Shown one piece after another: positions 12,801 to 24,800 of a DNA stretch of 64,000 bases. Position numbers and translations under genes: made by a program. Numbering within the stretch: the first letter of the stretch is position 1; every line of letters begins with the position of its first letter. The notes under the pieces were generated by a model. It was not told the DNA's origin. It worked only from the letters and a program-made list of their open reading frames with translations, and did no database searches. The stretch is from Ruditapes philippinarum (taxonomy: Eukaryota). The stretch covers positions 62,001-126,000 of the forward strand of contig NW_026856260.1 in the NCBI RefSeq assembly GCF_026571515.1. The letters are read 5' to 3'.

Positions 12801-15800
12801 ACAATTGTAAAGTAGTCTAAGATGTCTTACCACATATAGATAGTTTTTAAGTAGCCTGTATGTGTTTTACCACAGTGGACAGTTGTGAAGAAATCTAAAG
12901 AAGTTTTACCAAAGTAGACAGCTGTAAAGTAGCTTAAGTTATCCTTCCACAGAAGACAGTTATTAAGTAGCCTAGTTTTTGTACCACAGTAGACCATTGC
13001 TAAGCGGCCTTAAGGTGTTCAACCACAGTAGACAATTGTGAAGTAGCTCAAAGGTGTCTTACCACAGTAGATAGTTGTGAAGTAGCCTAAAGTTGTTGTA
13101 CCACAGTAGATAGTTGTGAAGTAGCCTAAAGTTATCTAACCACATTAAATAGTTGTGAAGTAGCCTAATGTTGCCTTACTACAGTAGACAGTTGTGAAGT
13201 AGCCTAAAAGTGTTAAACCACAGTAGACAATTGTGATGTTGCCAAAAATGTCTTACCACAGTAGATAGTTGTGAAGTAGCCTAAAGGTGTAAAACCACAG
13301 TAGACAATTGTTAAGTAGCCTAAAGGTGTTCAACCACAGCAGATAGTTGTGAAGTAGCCTAAATGTGTCAGTTGTCTTACCACAGTAGATAGTTGTGAAG
13401 TAGCCTAAAGGTGTTAAACCACAGTAGACAATTGTGAAGTAGCCTAAATGTGTCAGTTGTCTTACCATAGTAGATAGTTGTGAAGTAGCCTAAAGGTGTT
13501 TAACCACAGTAGATAATTGTGAAGTAGCCTAAATGTGTCAGTTGTCTTACCACAGTAGATAGTTGTGAAGTAGCCTAAAGGTGTTAAACCACAGTAGACA
13601 ACTGTGAAGTAGTCTAAAGGGGTTCAACCACAGTAGATAATTGTGAAGTAGCCTAAATGTGTCAGTTGTCTTACCACAGTAGACAATTGTGAAGAAGCCT
13701 AAAGGTGTTAAACCACAGTAGACAATTGTGAAGTAGCCTAAAGGTGTTAAACCACAGTAGACAATTGTGAAGTAGCCTAAAAGTGTCAGTTGTCTTACCA
13801 CAGTAGACAATTGTGAAGTAGCCTAAAGGTGTTCAACCACAGTAGATAATTGTGAAGTAGCCTAAATGTGTCAGTTGTCTTACAACAGTAGATAGTTGTG
13901 AAGTAGCCTAAAGGTGTTAAACCACAGTAGACAATTGTGAAGTAGCCTAAAGGTGTTCAACCACAGTAGACAATTGTGAAGTAGCCTAAAGGTGTTAAAC
14001 CACAGTAGACAATTGTGATGTTGCCCAAAAGTGTCTTAACACAAAAGACAATTGTGAAGTAGCCTAAAGGTGTCTTACCACAGTAAACAGCAGCGTCATA
14101 CCCTCTGTCTGGATAGAACACCATCTGAGCATTGATATAATCTGTTGCATAGGAATCACTGGGTATATAGTCGTACAGGTTAAAGTCCTGGCGTAACATT
14201 GTAAAACTCCAGATATTCACACCTACTAACACAGTTGTTGCTATTAATACTGATATCTGTGAGGAAAATAAAAAAGAATCTTACATATTCATAATACATT
14301 AATACTAAATGAAAACTACAGATAAGATAAACATAAATACTGATTTGTTTGTTTGTTTATTTCATTTTACGCCTTTTCCCAACAGTATTTCAGTCATATA
14401 GGCGGGTAGTTTCCTAACCATTGTTCCTGGACAGTTACACCAGTACTAGACTACCTTCCTTCTTGCTAAACTACCAAAGTATCTCCCGGTGATCGAACCC
14501 ACGCCAGAGAGGTAACTGGATTAGAAGTCGTCGACTCTAACCCCTTTGGGCCACCCGGGGGCGGTAATTTTTGCAAAATTTAAAAATTTTTTATAATTAG
14601 AAATGGTCTTGGGGCTATTAAGGGCTTTTTACTTTGTATTTTTTTTAAAAACAACTTTTATTCTACCAATGTGGCCAATTTCGACAAAATTTAGGGGGGT
14701 TCTTTTTTTCCATACAACCCCGATCAAAGGTTTTTGCACTTTCTTGATATTTAAAATTTTTAATAAAATTTTGAAATTTCCTTTTTTAAAAAAAGGGTTT
14801 ACGGGTTTTGTCCAGTTTTTAAAGATGGACATTCCCCAAACCCCAAAGGGCTGTATTAAACTTTTAAGTGTTACATTTATTTTTTATAATTTTTAAAAAA
14901 AATAAAAAACAGGAATAAAAAAAAAAAATGCTCACCTTACTGACAATTTCAAAAGGGGTCGGTGCAAAAAAATATAATTTTGGGCCCCCAGGTCCCCAAC
15001 CACCTGCGCATATTTGGAGTTATCAAAATTCCCCGATTTTTGCTTCCAAACCCTATTAAATTTGAAAATGTGGAACAGATGGTCCTGATCCAATGCGCGG
15101 ATGCCAGGGGTGGTCTTGATCCAAAAGTGGCCAAACGCCTTTTATTGGTTTTGTTTTATTTGGCGGGTATATATCTTATACAGCCTATTTAATTTTTTTT
15201 TCCTTTTTGTTCAATTTTTGGGGGTTGAAAAAACTTTTTCCCTTGTTTGGTTTTATTTTTTGGCCCCAAAAACCCCAATTTGGGGTTCATGGATGCTGAA
15301 TCGGGAAAAGTTTGATTTTTTGCAAACCCCTCAGGTGTTAAAAACTTAAACAACCCCCAAAAATTAAAAAACCACCTCCCCTGCTCGGTAAAGAGACCCC
15401 AAATTTAATTCCCAAACCCATTTAGGGGGTCGATCACACGATTCTGTTTGTTTAAATTTTTTTAAAGGGGCCAACCCCCTCGGGCCCCAATGGGAAAACT
15501 TTTTAAATTTTAAAACTGAAAATATCACTAAAAAATGCTTGTCTTTAGAAAAACTAGGGCCCCCTCTACCACAGGCAATTTTGGGCATTTTAAAATTTTT
15601 TCAATATTTTTGAAAAAATTTCCCCCCTTTTTCGGGGGGACGGGGGCAAGTTTAAAAAAAAACCCCAACCCTTAAAAGGGGCCTTAATTTTGCTATGGGG
15701 GAACATAATTTCGGGCCCAAATTTTTGGGTTTCATGGGGGCAAAAACCCCACATTAACCCTTTCCCCATTGCAAAAGCCTGAAAAAGGAAAAAACCCTTT

Positions 15801-18800
15801 TTTTTGGTTTTCTCCCAACTTTTCCCCGGGTTTTTCCCCATAGTGGGGGGGCCATTTTTAGGACTAAATAGTGCATTAAATTCAATGATATACATAAGAA
15901 AATGTTTTTTTTATTTTCAGGAAATGTTGATTCACACTGTGACAAAAAAAAAATTTTCCTGCCAAAACAAACCAATTTTAATGTTAGTTAATCGTATATT
16001 CATGTATAGAAAAAAAATTCATTACATTGTGACATAAATTTTCTTTTTCACTGCCATTTTAACATTAGTGTATCACTTTTACAACTTGTATAGAAGAAAT
16101 GCAAACTTACAGTAGAACCTCCGATTCCAAATGCAACAATATCTGTCACTGATGTTACAGTAATAGAAACACCAGCACGTTTTAATGTCATTGCTATTTT
16201 CTCTGGTATAGGTTGTTTATGCTCTTCTTCTGTCAGGTTCTTCCAGGCTCCAACAATTACAAACATATCATCCACACCTATTCCTGGGAAAAAAAATAGG
16301 CACAAATATAAATTGTACCTGTATAAAACACCTGTGAAACTCATGAAAATAACACCCGTACAATATATCTGCACCTATACTTATCAATTTGTATGTAAAG
16401 TTATATTTGTATAATATATGATTATTTTATATGTAAAATACAAAAACTGAAGTGCCAATATTATACAGCGTATAGTCAACCTGCAAATATGACTCTACAC
16501 TTTTTATTGCCACAAACGTTTAAGAGGTTATACCAGTAGTTAAAGCAGTTAAAGGTTTAACTAATAAAACGTTCTCAAGACAGTGACCGACTGGAACTTA
16601 CCTAACAGCAAAAAGGGCATGAGTGAATGTATAGGACCATAAATGAATCCAAAAGCCATAGCTAAACCATAACAAAACAATATGGCAAGTCCTATAGTGA
16701 GTATTCCACTGAGTGATACATATAGCTGGAATTAAAATAAATTATGTGCAAAATTTACTGAGGTTGTACAGTCAAACTTGTATTAAGTGACCACACAAGG
16801 GAAACACCAAAAATGGTCCATTCATACAACAGTCTCTAAAGACGAAGCATAAAAAAAAAGTCAAAATTTATTCATAATGATATCTTTCTTTTGCAAAAGG
16901 GGTGTTTGTTTTTCATATATCTGGAAAAAAAAAATTAAATGTGTAAAATTTATGGAAAGATAATACAGCTGTCATGATTTCTTGATTATAGTAGCTGGTA
17001 TCATCATCATGTTTCTGTGTATCCAGTCTTCAAAAGATTATTATTTTTCAAGTTTGAAATCTTATTTCCAAATAAGAGGACTATAGTAAAAACTTTGCTA
17101 AAATTGTAGAGCATAATTGCCTCACTTGGAATTAGGAACTGTGTATTGAAATTCTAAGGTTATATAATATCAAAGGCTTTTGTGTTTCAATATGAAAAAC
17201 ATACTAAAATTGTAAATTGTGTTAGTTAACAAAGGTTTGACTGAAAAGCATAAATGAGCGGCGCCATGACAAAACAAACATAGTACGTTTGCGACCAGCA
17301 TGGATCCAGACAAGCCTGGGCATCCGCATAGTCTGATCAGGATCCATGCTTTTCGTTATCAGTTTCTCTACTTGTTTTAGGGTTTGTAAGCGAACAGCAT
17401 GGATCCTGATCAGACTGCACTGATGCTCAGGCTGGCCTTGATCCATGCTGGTTGCAAACGCACTATGTTGGTTTCGTCATGGTGCAGCTCAAATTGTCAC
17501 CTTAGTGCAATAACTGGTTAACTACCATAAAGTTTAAAAGGATTTAACCCATTACTGCCCTAAGGTCACAAAATGTGCTGACCAATCTGCCATAATTAAG
17601 TAAATCTGACTAATAGAAGTCTAAGAGTTAAGAGAATAAATTTCTAATATATATCAAGCTTACCTTATTTTCTACCAAGTTAAACTTTCCTAATACCATG
17701 ATGATGAAAACAAATACTATGATAAATCCTGCTGTTAGTAATGAAACATCTGCATTAACAGCCCCATAACCTTCATCATCAAAACTGAAAACAAATTGAG
17801 CCGCGTCATGACAAAATCAACATAATGGGTTTGCGACCAGCATGAATCCAGACCAGTCTGCGCCTCCGCGCAGTCTGATCAGGATCCATGCTGTTCGCTT
17901 ACTAACTCTATAACAAGTAGAGAGTTAAATTTGTCAGAGTTAAAATTAAGCATAAATGATTGACCAAACACTTCAGTGTCAGTGTTAAAATTAAGCATAG
18001 CTGAGACACATCTTCCATTTTTGTGGAAAGAATTTGAACTAAGCATAGTTGAGAACACATTTTCAATTTTTAATGTCAGAGTTAGAACTAAGCATAGATA
18101 GCTGACCTAACACTTCAATGTTTGATGTCAGAATTAAAACTAAGAATAGTTGAGGATACGTATTCCATTTTTTGTGGTCAGAATTTTAAATTAGCATAAT
18201 TGAGCATACATTTTCAATTTATAAGGCTACAGTCAAAACTAAGGATAACTTATTAACCATTTATATCTAATTCCAGAGGTCACTGTTAAAATTGAGAATA
18301 GCTTTTCATCATCAATTCTATTGACTTTAAACTAAGCATAGATGGCCGTAAATTTTTAATAATCAAGACCAAAGTTAAAATTAAACATTGTCATTAAGAA
18401 AAAATACAAAACAAACACAACTTACGTTCTTGTTGCGTAAACATAACATTTGAGAAGGTTTGGTCGTGGAGACAGAGCCATTTCAATCATGTTCTTCTCC
18501 CAGACAAGGGCCGCAGCATCCCACTATACAACAAATATATACATTTTAAGGTAAATTCATACATTAAGTACATGTATTTATAAAACTTGCATTAGATTTA
18601 TTTATTTTTTTATATCACTGCATGACAGACTTTTTTACAAGTTGGTAAGGATTAGATCATACATATACAAATAATAATATTTTTATATTTCAGGCCAATA
18701 AACTTGTGCAAACAACATTCTGGAGTCTGGGGTAATCAATGTTGCTTTTAGGAAATTTGTGTTTTCTTAACATGAATTTAATTATGGTAGCTCAATAAAG

Positions 18801-21800
18801 AACTAGTTTAAAGAGCAGGAACATAATGGTTTGCAACATCTACAAAATATTTCAGGTCAAAACCTGTAACTTCGCAGAACCACTTACCTTCAATTAGTGA
18901 ACAGTTAAGTTCTCTTATATGATACACTTCAACAGCAACAGAAACATTTTATATATCAGGTGTATGAAAACAAATTAGCTATCTAAATCATTCAACTTAA
19001 AAGGTCACAAGACTGTATCCAGAGACAGGGCTTTAACCTTTATTTCTTTTCTTTGGTACAAAAGGAACTTACTTCTGACTTCTTATGAAGAACCCATAGC
19101 ATCGTAACAGAGTCAGCACCCACAATGTTTCCATGAACATCTCTTCGTATACCACCCAGCATGTACTCAAGGTTAAACTCTGTCCCATATACTGGACTGA
19201 AATTCATGATTACTTATTATTACAAATACAGATTTTAATTAAGTAATCTGGCTAGTTTTAAATCACACTTATGTTATGTTTAATACAAGACAAAGATGGC
19301 AGCAGAGCAGTTTACTGACTGTTTAACCAACATATCTGTGATATGACTTTCCATAAGATATGTTATGTTTTGTAATTGCATGGCCAAGTGACTTTTTTTT
19401 CATTTTTCAGAACAACCTTCAAGGGGAAAATATCGCATGATAAAAATCAGAAAATCAGAGAAATCAGAAAAATCTATTAAACAGCCTTATTAAACAGCCT
19501 ACATTCAGCTGTAAAATATAAGAAAAAAAAATCACTGATGCCACAGACTTATGATACTTTCCCTTTATGTTCAACTTTCTATTAAAGGTCACAGGTATAT
19601 TTGTTACAGAGAAATTTAAGATCATATTAACACTATAATTATCACAAAATTTCCACTAACACAGTAAGTACATCAACATTATCACCATGCCAACAGTACT
19701 TTGATGCAAGCACAATTTTACTAGTAATACAATTTGTGTCAATGTATCAATTCTGGTCCCAAAACAAAAATAGCGAAAACAACGAACCTTCCAATTTAAT
19801 TTCATTATTTTATGACATTGGATGCTCAAGACATAAAAGATATATATAAAGAAAATGATCAGGGGGAATTAAAAAGTGGTTGCTAAAAATAAAAGTCACT
19901 TAAATGTGGTCACTTTGGCAAGTATGACTGTATATTCCATCCCCTTTGTGGGGTGTACTTTTTCATTCAACTATCAAAAATCATCCAAAAGAAAAGGGAA
20001 AAGAAAATGTTTACGATGTTTTTATCATTTTCCACTGGGTAATCATTATACTGGAAGTTAAAATCTAATTAGAATTTAAGTATAATAAAGATTCAGTTTA
20101 AATTTCCTCCGATATTGATGATAAAATGCAAACTTCTTGGTAACTCACTTATCTATTATTTTCTTCAAAAGGGGTATGTTGTTTTAAAGGGGAGCCTTTG
20201 ACCTGATGACAACAAAAATTTTAATACAAACATGAGCTCATTGATTATTATAATGACATCATAATATTCTACTGGGATACTAGTAATGGATGTCTGTGTA
20301 ATATACAAACACCCTTGTTTACTCTTAGCCGTGAGATAAGATAGCTTGTCAAATTGCAATTCATCATATGTGGTTTACTGATTTTGTATCTTTAATTCAA
20401 ACCAGTAATCAAATAAGAAATGATTTTCTTTCCCTATTGACCTTTTCAATTACACAAAAAAATCATCAAGAAAAGTGTCCTCCCTTACTTGAGTCAAGTA
20501 ACCTATAGGTTGGATTTGTTCTATACAAAAATCTTTGGTTGTTGACTAATTGAAATGAATTGATTGAATTAAAAAATAAAAAGTTTCAGTATAGCAAGGA
20601 GTAAAATGCAGGTTGTTCCAATTTTGACTTCTGCTTGAATTTTTTTAATTGGTTGGGTCTTACATTGCAACAACACTGTAATGGTCATATTGTGACATTT
20701 CAGCTTTACTAGTGGAGGAAGACCTCAAGGCTCAAGCTCTATAAGCTAACTGCATACCTTTTTCTTCTCAGAATATTCTGTTTCGGTACAATATTCATGT
20801 ACATTAAATTACATAGACATTGCATGTTACAAATCTTATAAGAAGCAACCATAAGGTTATAAAAACAACATAATTCTACTTTTTTTTTAATTTTTCATCA
20901 AATACTTCAGCAGATATAGCATTATACACTTCAACATGGAGAGCAATATTAACCGAATACAGCCCCCTGTCAACATTCCCCAACATAGTACCACCAGTAA
21001 AACACCCAGTCGGGCACCAAATGGAAATAGGACAAAACAAGAGCTGTCGTAAGACAGCGCGCTCGACTTTTTTATTGCTTGCCAATAAAAAAAGTTTTTG
21101 CAGTAAAAGGCAATACAAGAATCTCTGTATTTTTAAAGTGGACAATGGCCATGAGCATTAAGATATTTAGTGAAGAATTATTTTACTGAATTCTCCTGGA
21201 CATGTTTGGGAATCATGATTGTAAACAAGTATTCCAACTTTCAAATTAATATCTCAAACAGTTCAGTCAAAAAGTGGACTGGTACTAAAAACTTAACCAA
21301 GATTCTAAGTCGATAAAAGGCCTTAATTTTTTTAAAACAAATCCTTGACAGAGTTACCTTCTCTTGCGTACAGATGGGGGTAATGATGTGAAATAGCATT
21401 AAAAGTTTCAAAGCAATATCTCAAAGGGTTAAGGCAATAAGTGGATTTTACCCATATTCAATGTATTTTCTAAGTCAAAAAGGGGCATAATTCTGTCAAA
21501 AACCTTGACAGAGTTATGTCCTCTTGTCTGTTGATGAAGGTCGTGATGGTAAACAAGTATGGTCAGTTTCAAAGCAATACCTCCAATGGTTTTGAAATAA
21601 AGTGAGGTGGTACAAAAAACTTAACCAAGCTCAATACACTTTCTAAGTCAAAAAAGGGCCATAATTCTGTCAAAAACCTTGACAGAGTTATGTACTCTTG
21701 TCTGTAGATGGAGGTTATGATGGTGAACAAGTATGGTAAGTTTCAAAGCCATACTTGTAATACTTCTGAAATAAAGTGGGGTGGTACGAAAAACTTAACC

Positions 21801-24800
21801 AAGGTGTGACGCCAACGCCGACGCCGGGGCGAGTAGGATAGCTCCCCTTTTCATAGAAAAGTCGAGCTAAAAATGTGGGAGGGCACTACAGGCAGAGCAA
21901 AAAAAGGCAAAATTCTACCCTTAAATCACTGCTAAGGTCAACCCGTGTAACATTACCTGTATTTAACATCCGAGTTTACTTTCTTGAGCACATCTGCCAT
22001 GCTAAGTTTACGTATGAGTGTCCCATTGTTCTGCCATAATTCTAGTATACTCTGTACTCTACAGTGACGACCAACTCTAACAAAATCATCGAGAAAAAAA
22101 GTTAAAACAGTATCATTTGTTAAGTGACACAGAATATCTTAATAATTATTAGAAACTATTGAAGCTAGCTAACAGAAGGTTTGATGAATGATGATCTACA
22201 ATGTAAAGTTTGTGTCTGTTGAAGATATTTAGAGGCAATCTGATTAAAATCAGCTCCTTTATTAAACCCTATGCTAAAGTAAACATAAGAACTTAAATAA
22301 GATTGATTTTAGAGGTCAAGGTCATATTTTCAATATGTGACTTAAGAACTATTTCTTATCATTAATTGACTCCTACAAAAGAGTATAGAAAATTAAATGC
22401 CAGATATAAGTGTTCTGGGACTACTTTATATGTACGTGTTCTGGAACTACTTTATATATACTTACTTAACACATATGGTATCCAGAGATTCAAACCCGGG
22501 TAATACCATTAGTCGAGACTGGAGGTACATGTCATACATCTGTAACCAAATCATCAGCATTTAACATGATCATTCATTATCCAATAAAAATTGAAAATCA
22601 GAAAATATGATACATGCATCCCCATTTCCCTAGCCATAAAATCTGATCTTCACACATAGTTAAACTATGATAACTTTTTTTATGATAATCTTGATAAAGA
22701 ACATAATTTTCAGATTAAGTGTAATGACTAAAACTTAAATTTTGTAATGTTCACATGACTGGAACCACAAGAATATGTGAAGTGGATAGAAAAGTATATC
22801 TGATTTTATGATTTTTTTTTCAATCTACTAATATTTTTTCATACTTTATGACAGAAGAAGAGGGGATAGCAAAAATTTAGATATGAAATAAAAGTCATGT
22901 ATATGCCATGTTTTGTTTAAAAGGAGTAAATACATTCAAACCTTGCATTTGCACAACAGCAAATAAAGACAAAAAAAACAACCCAAAAGTTGAAGTAGAT
23001 TTATAAGAAGGTAAATACAATCTTGTAGAGTAAACATGTCTATATTAAAGCAATCTTTGATATTTAAAGGTAATATAACTTGGACTATGAAATAACTGAC
23101 TTATGAAGACAATGAGGAGAAAAAATCTTTAATAACACAATTCGATATCTGACAGTTTTGTTTGCAACATTTAAGTACATTTCTGATGTCAGGGCAAAAA
23201 GTAACTTTGATATTACATCAGGACAAAGGGTAGTTTTTCATGTATCAGGATAAAGAGTAACTTTGATATATAAGGACAAATTTAACTTTCTAAACCTGGA
23301 AAATAATAACTTTGATATATTAGAATGAAAGGTAACTTTGCCACATCAGGACAAAGAGAATTTTTGATATATTACAATAAAAAGTAACTTTGATATATTA
23401 GAACAAATAAGACATAGAGCAACTTTGATATATCAGGACAAAGAGTAACTTTGATATATTAGGACAAAGAGTAACTTTGATATATTAGGACAAAGAGTAA
23501 CTTTGATATATCAGGACAATCAGTAACTTTGATATATCAGGACAATCAGTAACTTTCAAATGTCAGGATAAAACATAAATTTGATATATTAGGACAAAGA
23601 GTAACTTTGATATATCAGGACAATCAGTAACTTTCAAATGTCAGGATAAAACATAAATTTGATATATTAGGACAAAGAGTAACTTTGATATATTAGGACA
23701 AAGAGTAACTTTGATATATCAGGACAATCAGTAACTTTCAAATGTCAGGATAAAACATAAATTTGATATATTAGGACAAAGAGTAACTTTGATATATTAG
23801 GACAAAGAGTAACTTTGATATATCAGGACAAAGAGTAACTTTGATATATCAGGACAATCAGTAACTTTGAAATGTCAGGATAAAACATAAATTTGATATA
23901 TTAGGACAAAGAGTAACTTTGATATATTAGGACAAAGAGTAACTTTGATATATCAAGACAATCAGTAACTTTGAAATGTTAAGATAAAACATAAATTTGA
24001 TATATTAGGACAAAGAGTAACTTTGATATATTAGGACAATCAGTAACTTTGATATATCAGGACAAAGAGTAACTTTGATATATTAGGACATAGAGTAACT
24101 TTGATATATAAGGACAAAGAGTAACTTTGATATATTAGGACAAAGAGTAACTTTGATATATCAGGACAAAGAGTAACTTTGATATATCAGGACAAAGAGT
24201 AACTTTGATATATCAGGACAATCAGTAACTTTGAAATGTCAGGTTAAAACATGAATTTGATATATTAGGACAAAGAGTAACTTTGATATATTAGGACAAA
24301 GAGTAACTTTGATATATCAAGACAATCAGTAACTTTGAAATGTTAAGATAAAACATAAATTTGATATATTAGGACAAAGAGTAACTTTGATATATTAGGA
24401 CAATCAGTAACTTTGATATATCAGGACAAAGAGTAACTTTGATATATTAGGACAAAGAGTAACTTTGATATATCAGGACAATCAGTAACTTTCAAATGTC
24501 AGGATAAAACATAAATTTGATATATTAGGACAAAGAGTAACTTTGATATATTTTGACAAAGAGTAACTTTGATATATCAGGACAATCAGTAACTTTCAAA
24601 TGTCAGGATAAAACATAAATTTGATACATTAGGACAAAGAGTAACTTTGATATATTGAACAAAGAGTAACTTTGATATATTAGGACAAAGAGTAACTTTG
24701 ATATATCAGGACAAAGAGTAACTTTGATATATCAGGACAAAGAGTAACTTTGTTATATTAGGACAAAGAGTAACTTTGATATATCAGGACAATCAGTAAC

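Noticed and set aside
12770-14090. CRISPR-like regular repeat
   Set aside because: No unique spacers; eukaryotic intronic tandem repeat
14603-16037. Cluster of K/F/G/P-rich ORFs on both strands
   Set aside because: Products of homopolymer-inflated low-quality sequence
20149-20202. Possible cassette exon (CATCAG acceptor, GTGAGT donor) between exons 4 and 5
   Set aside because: Stop codon in the required phase; exons 4 and 5 join cleanly without it
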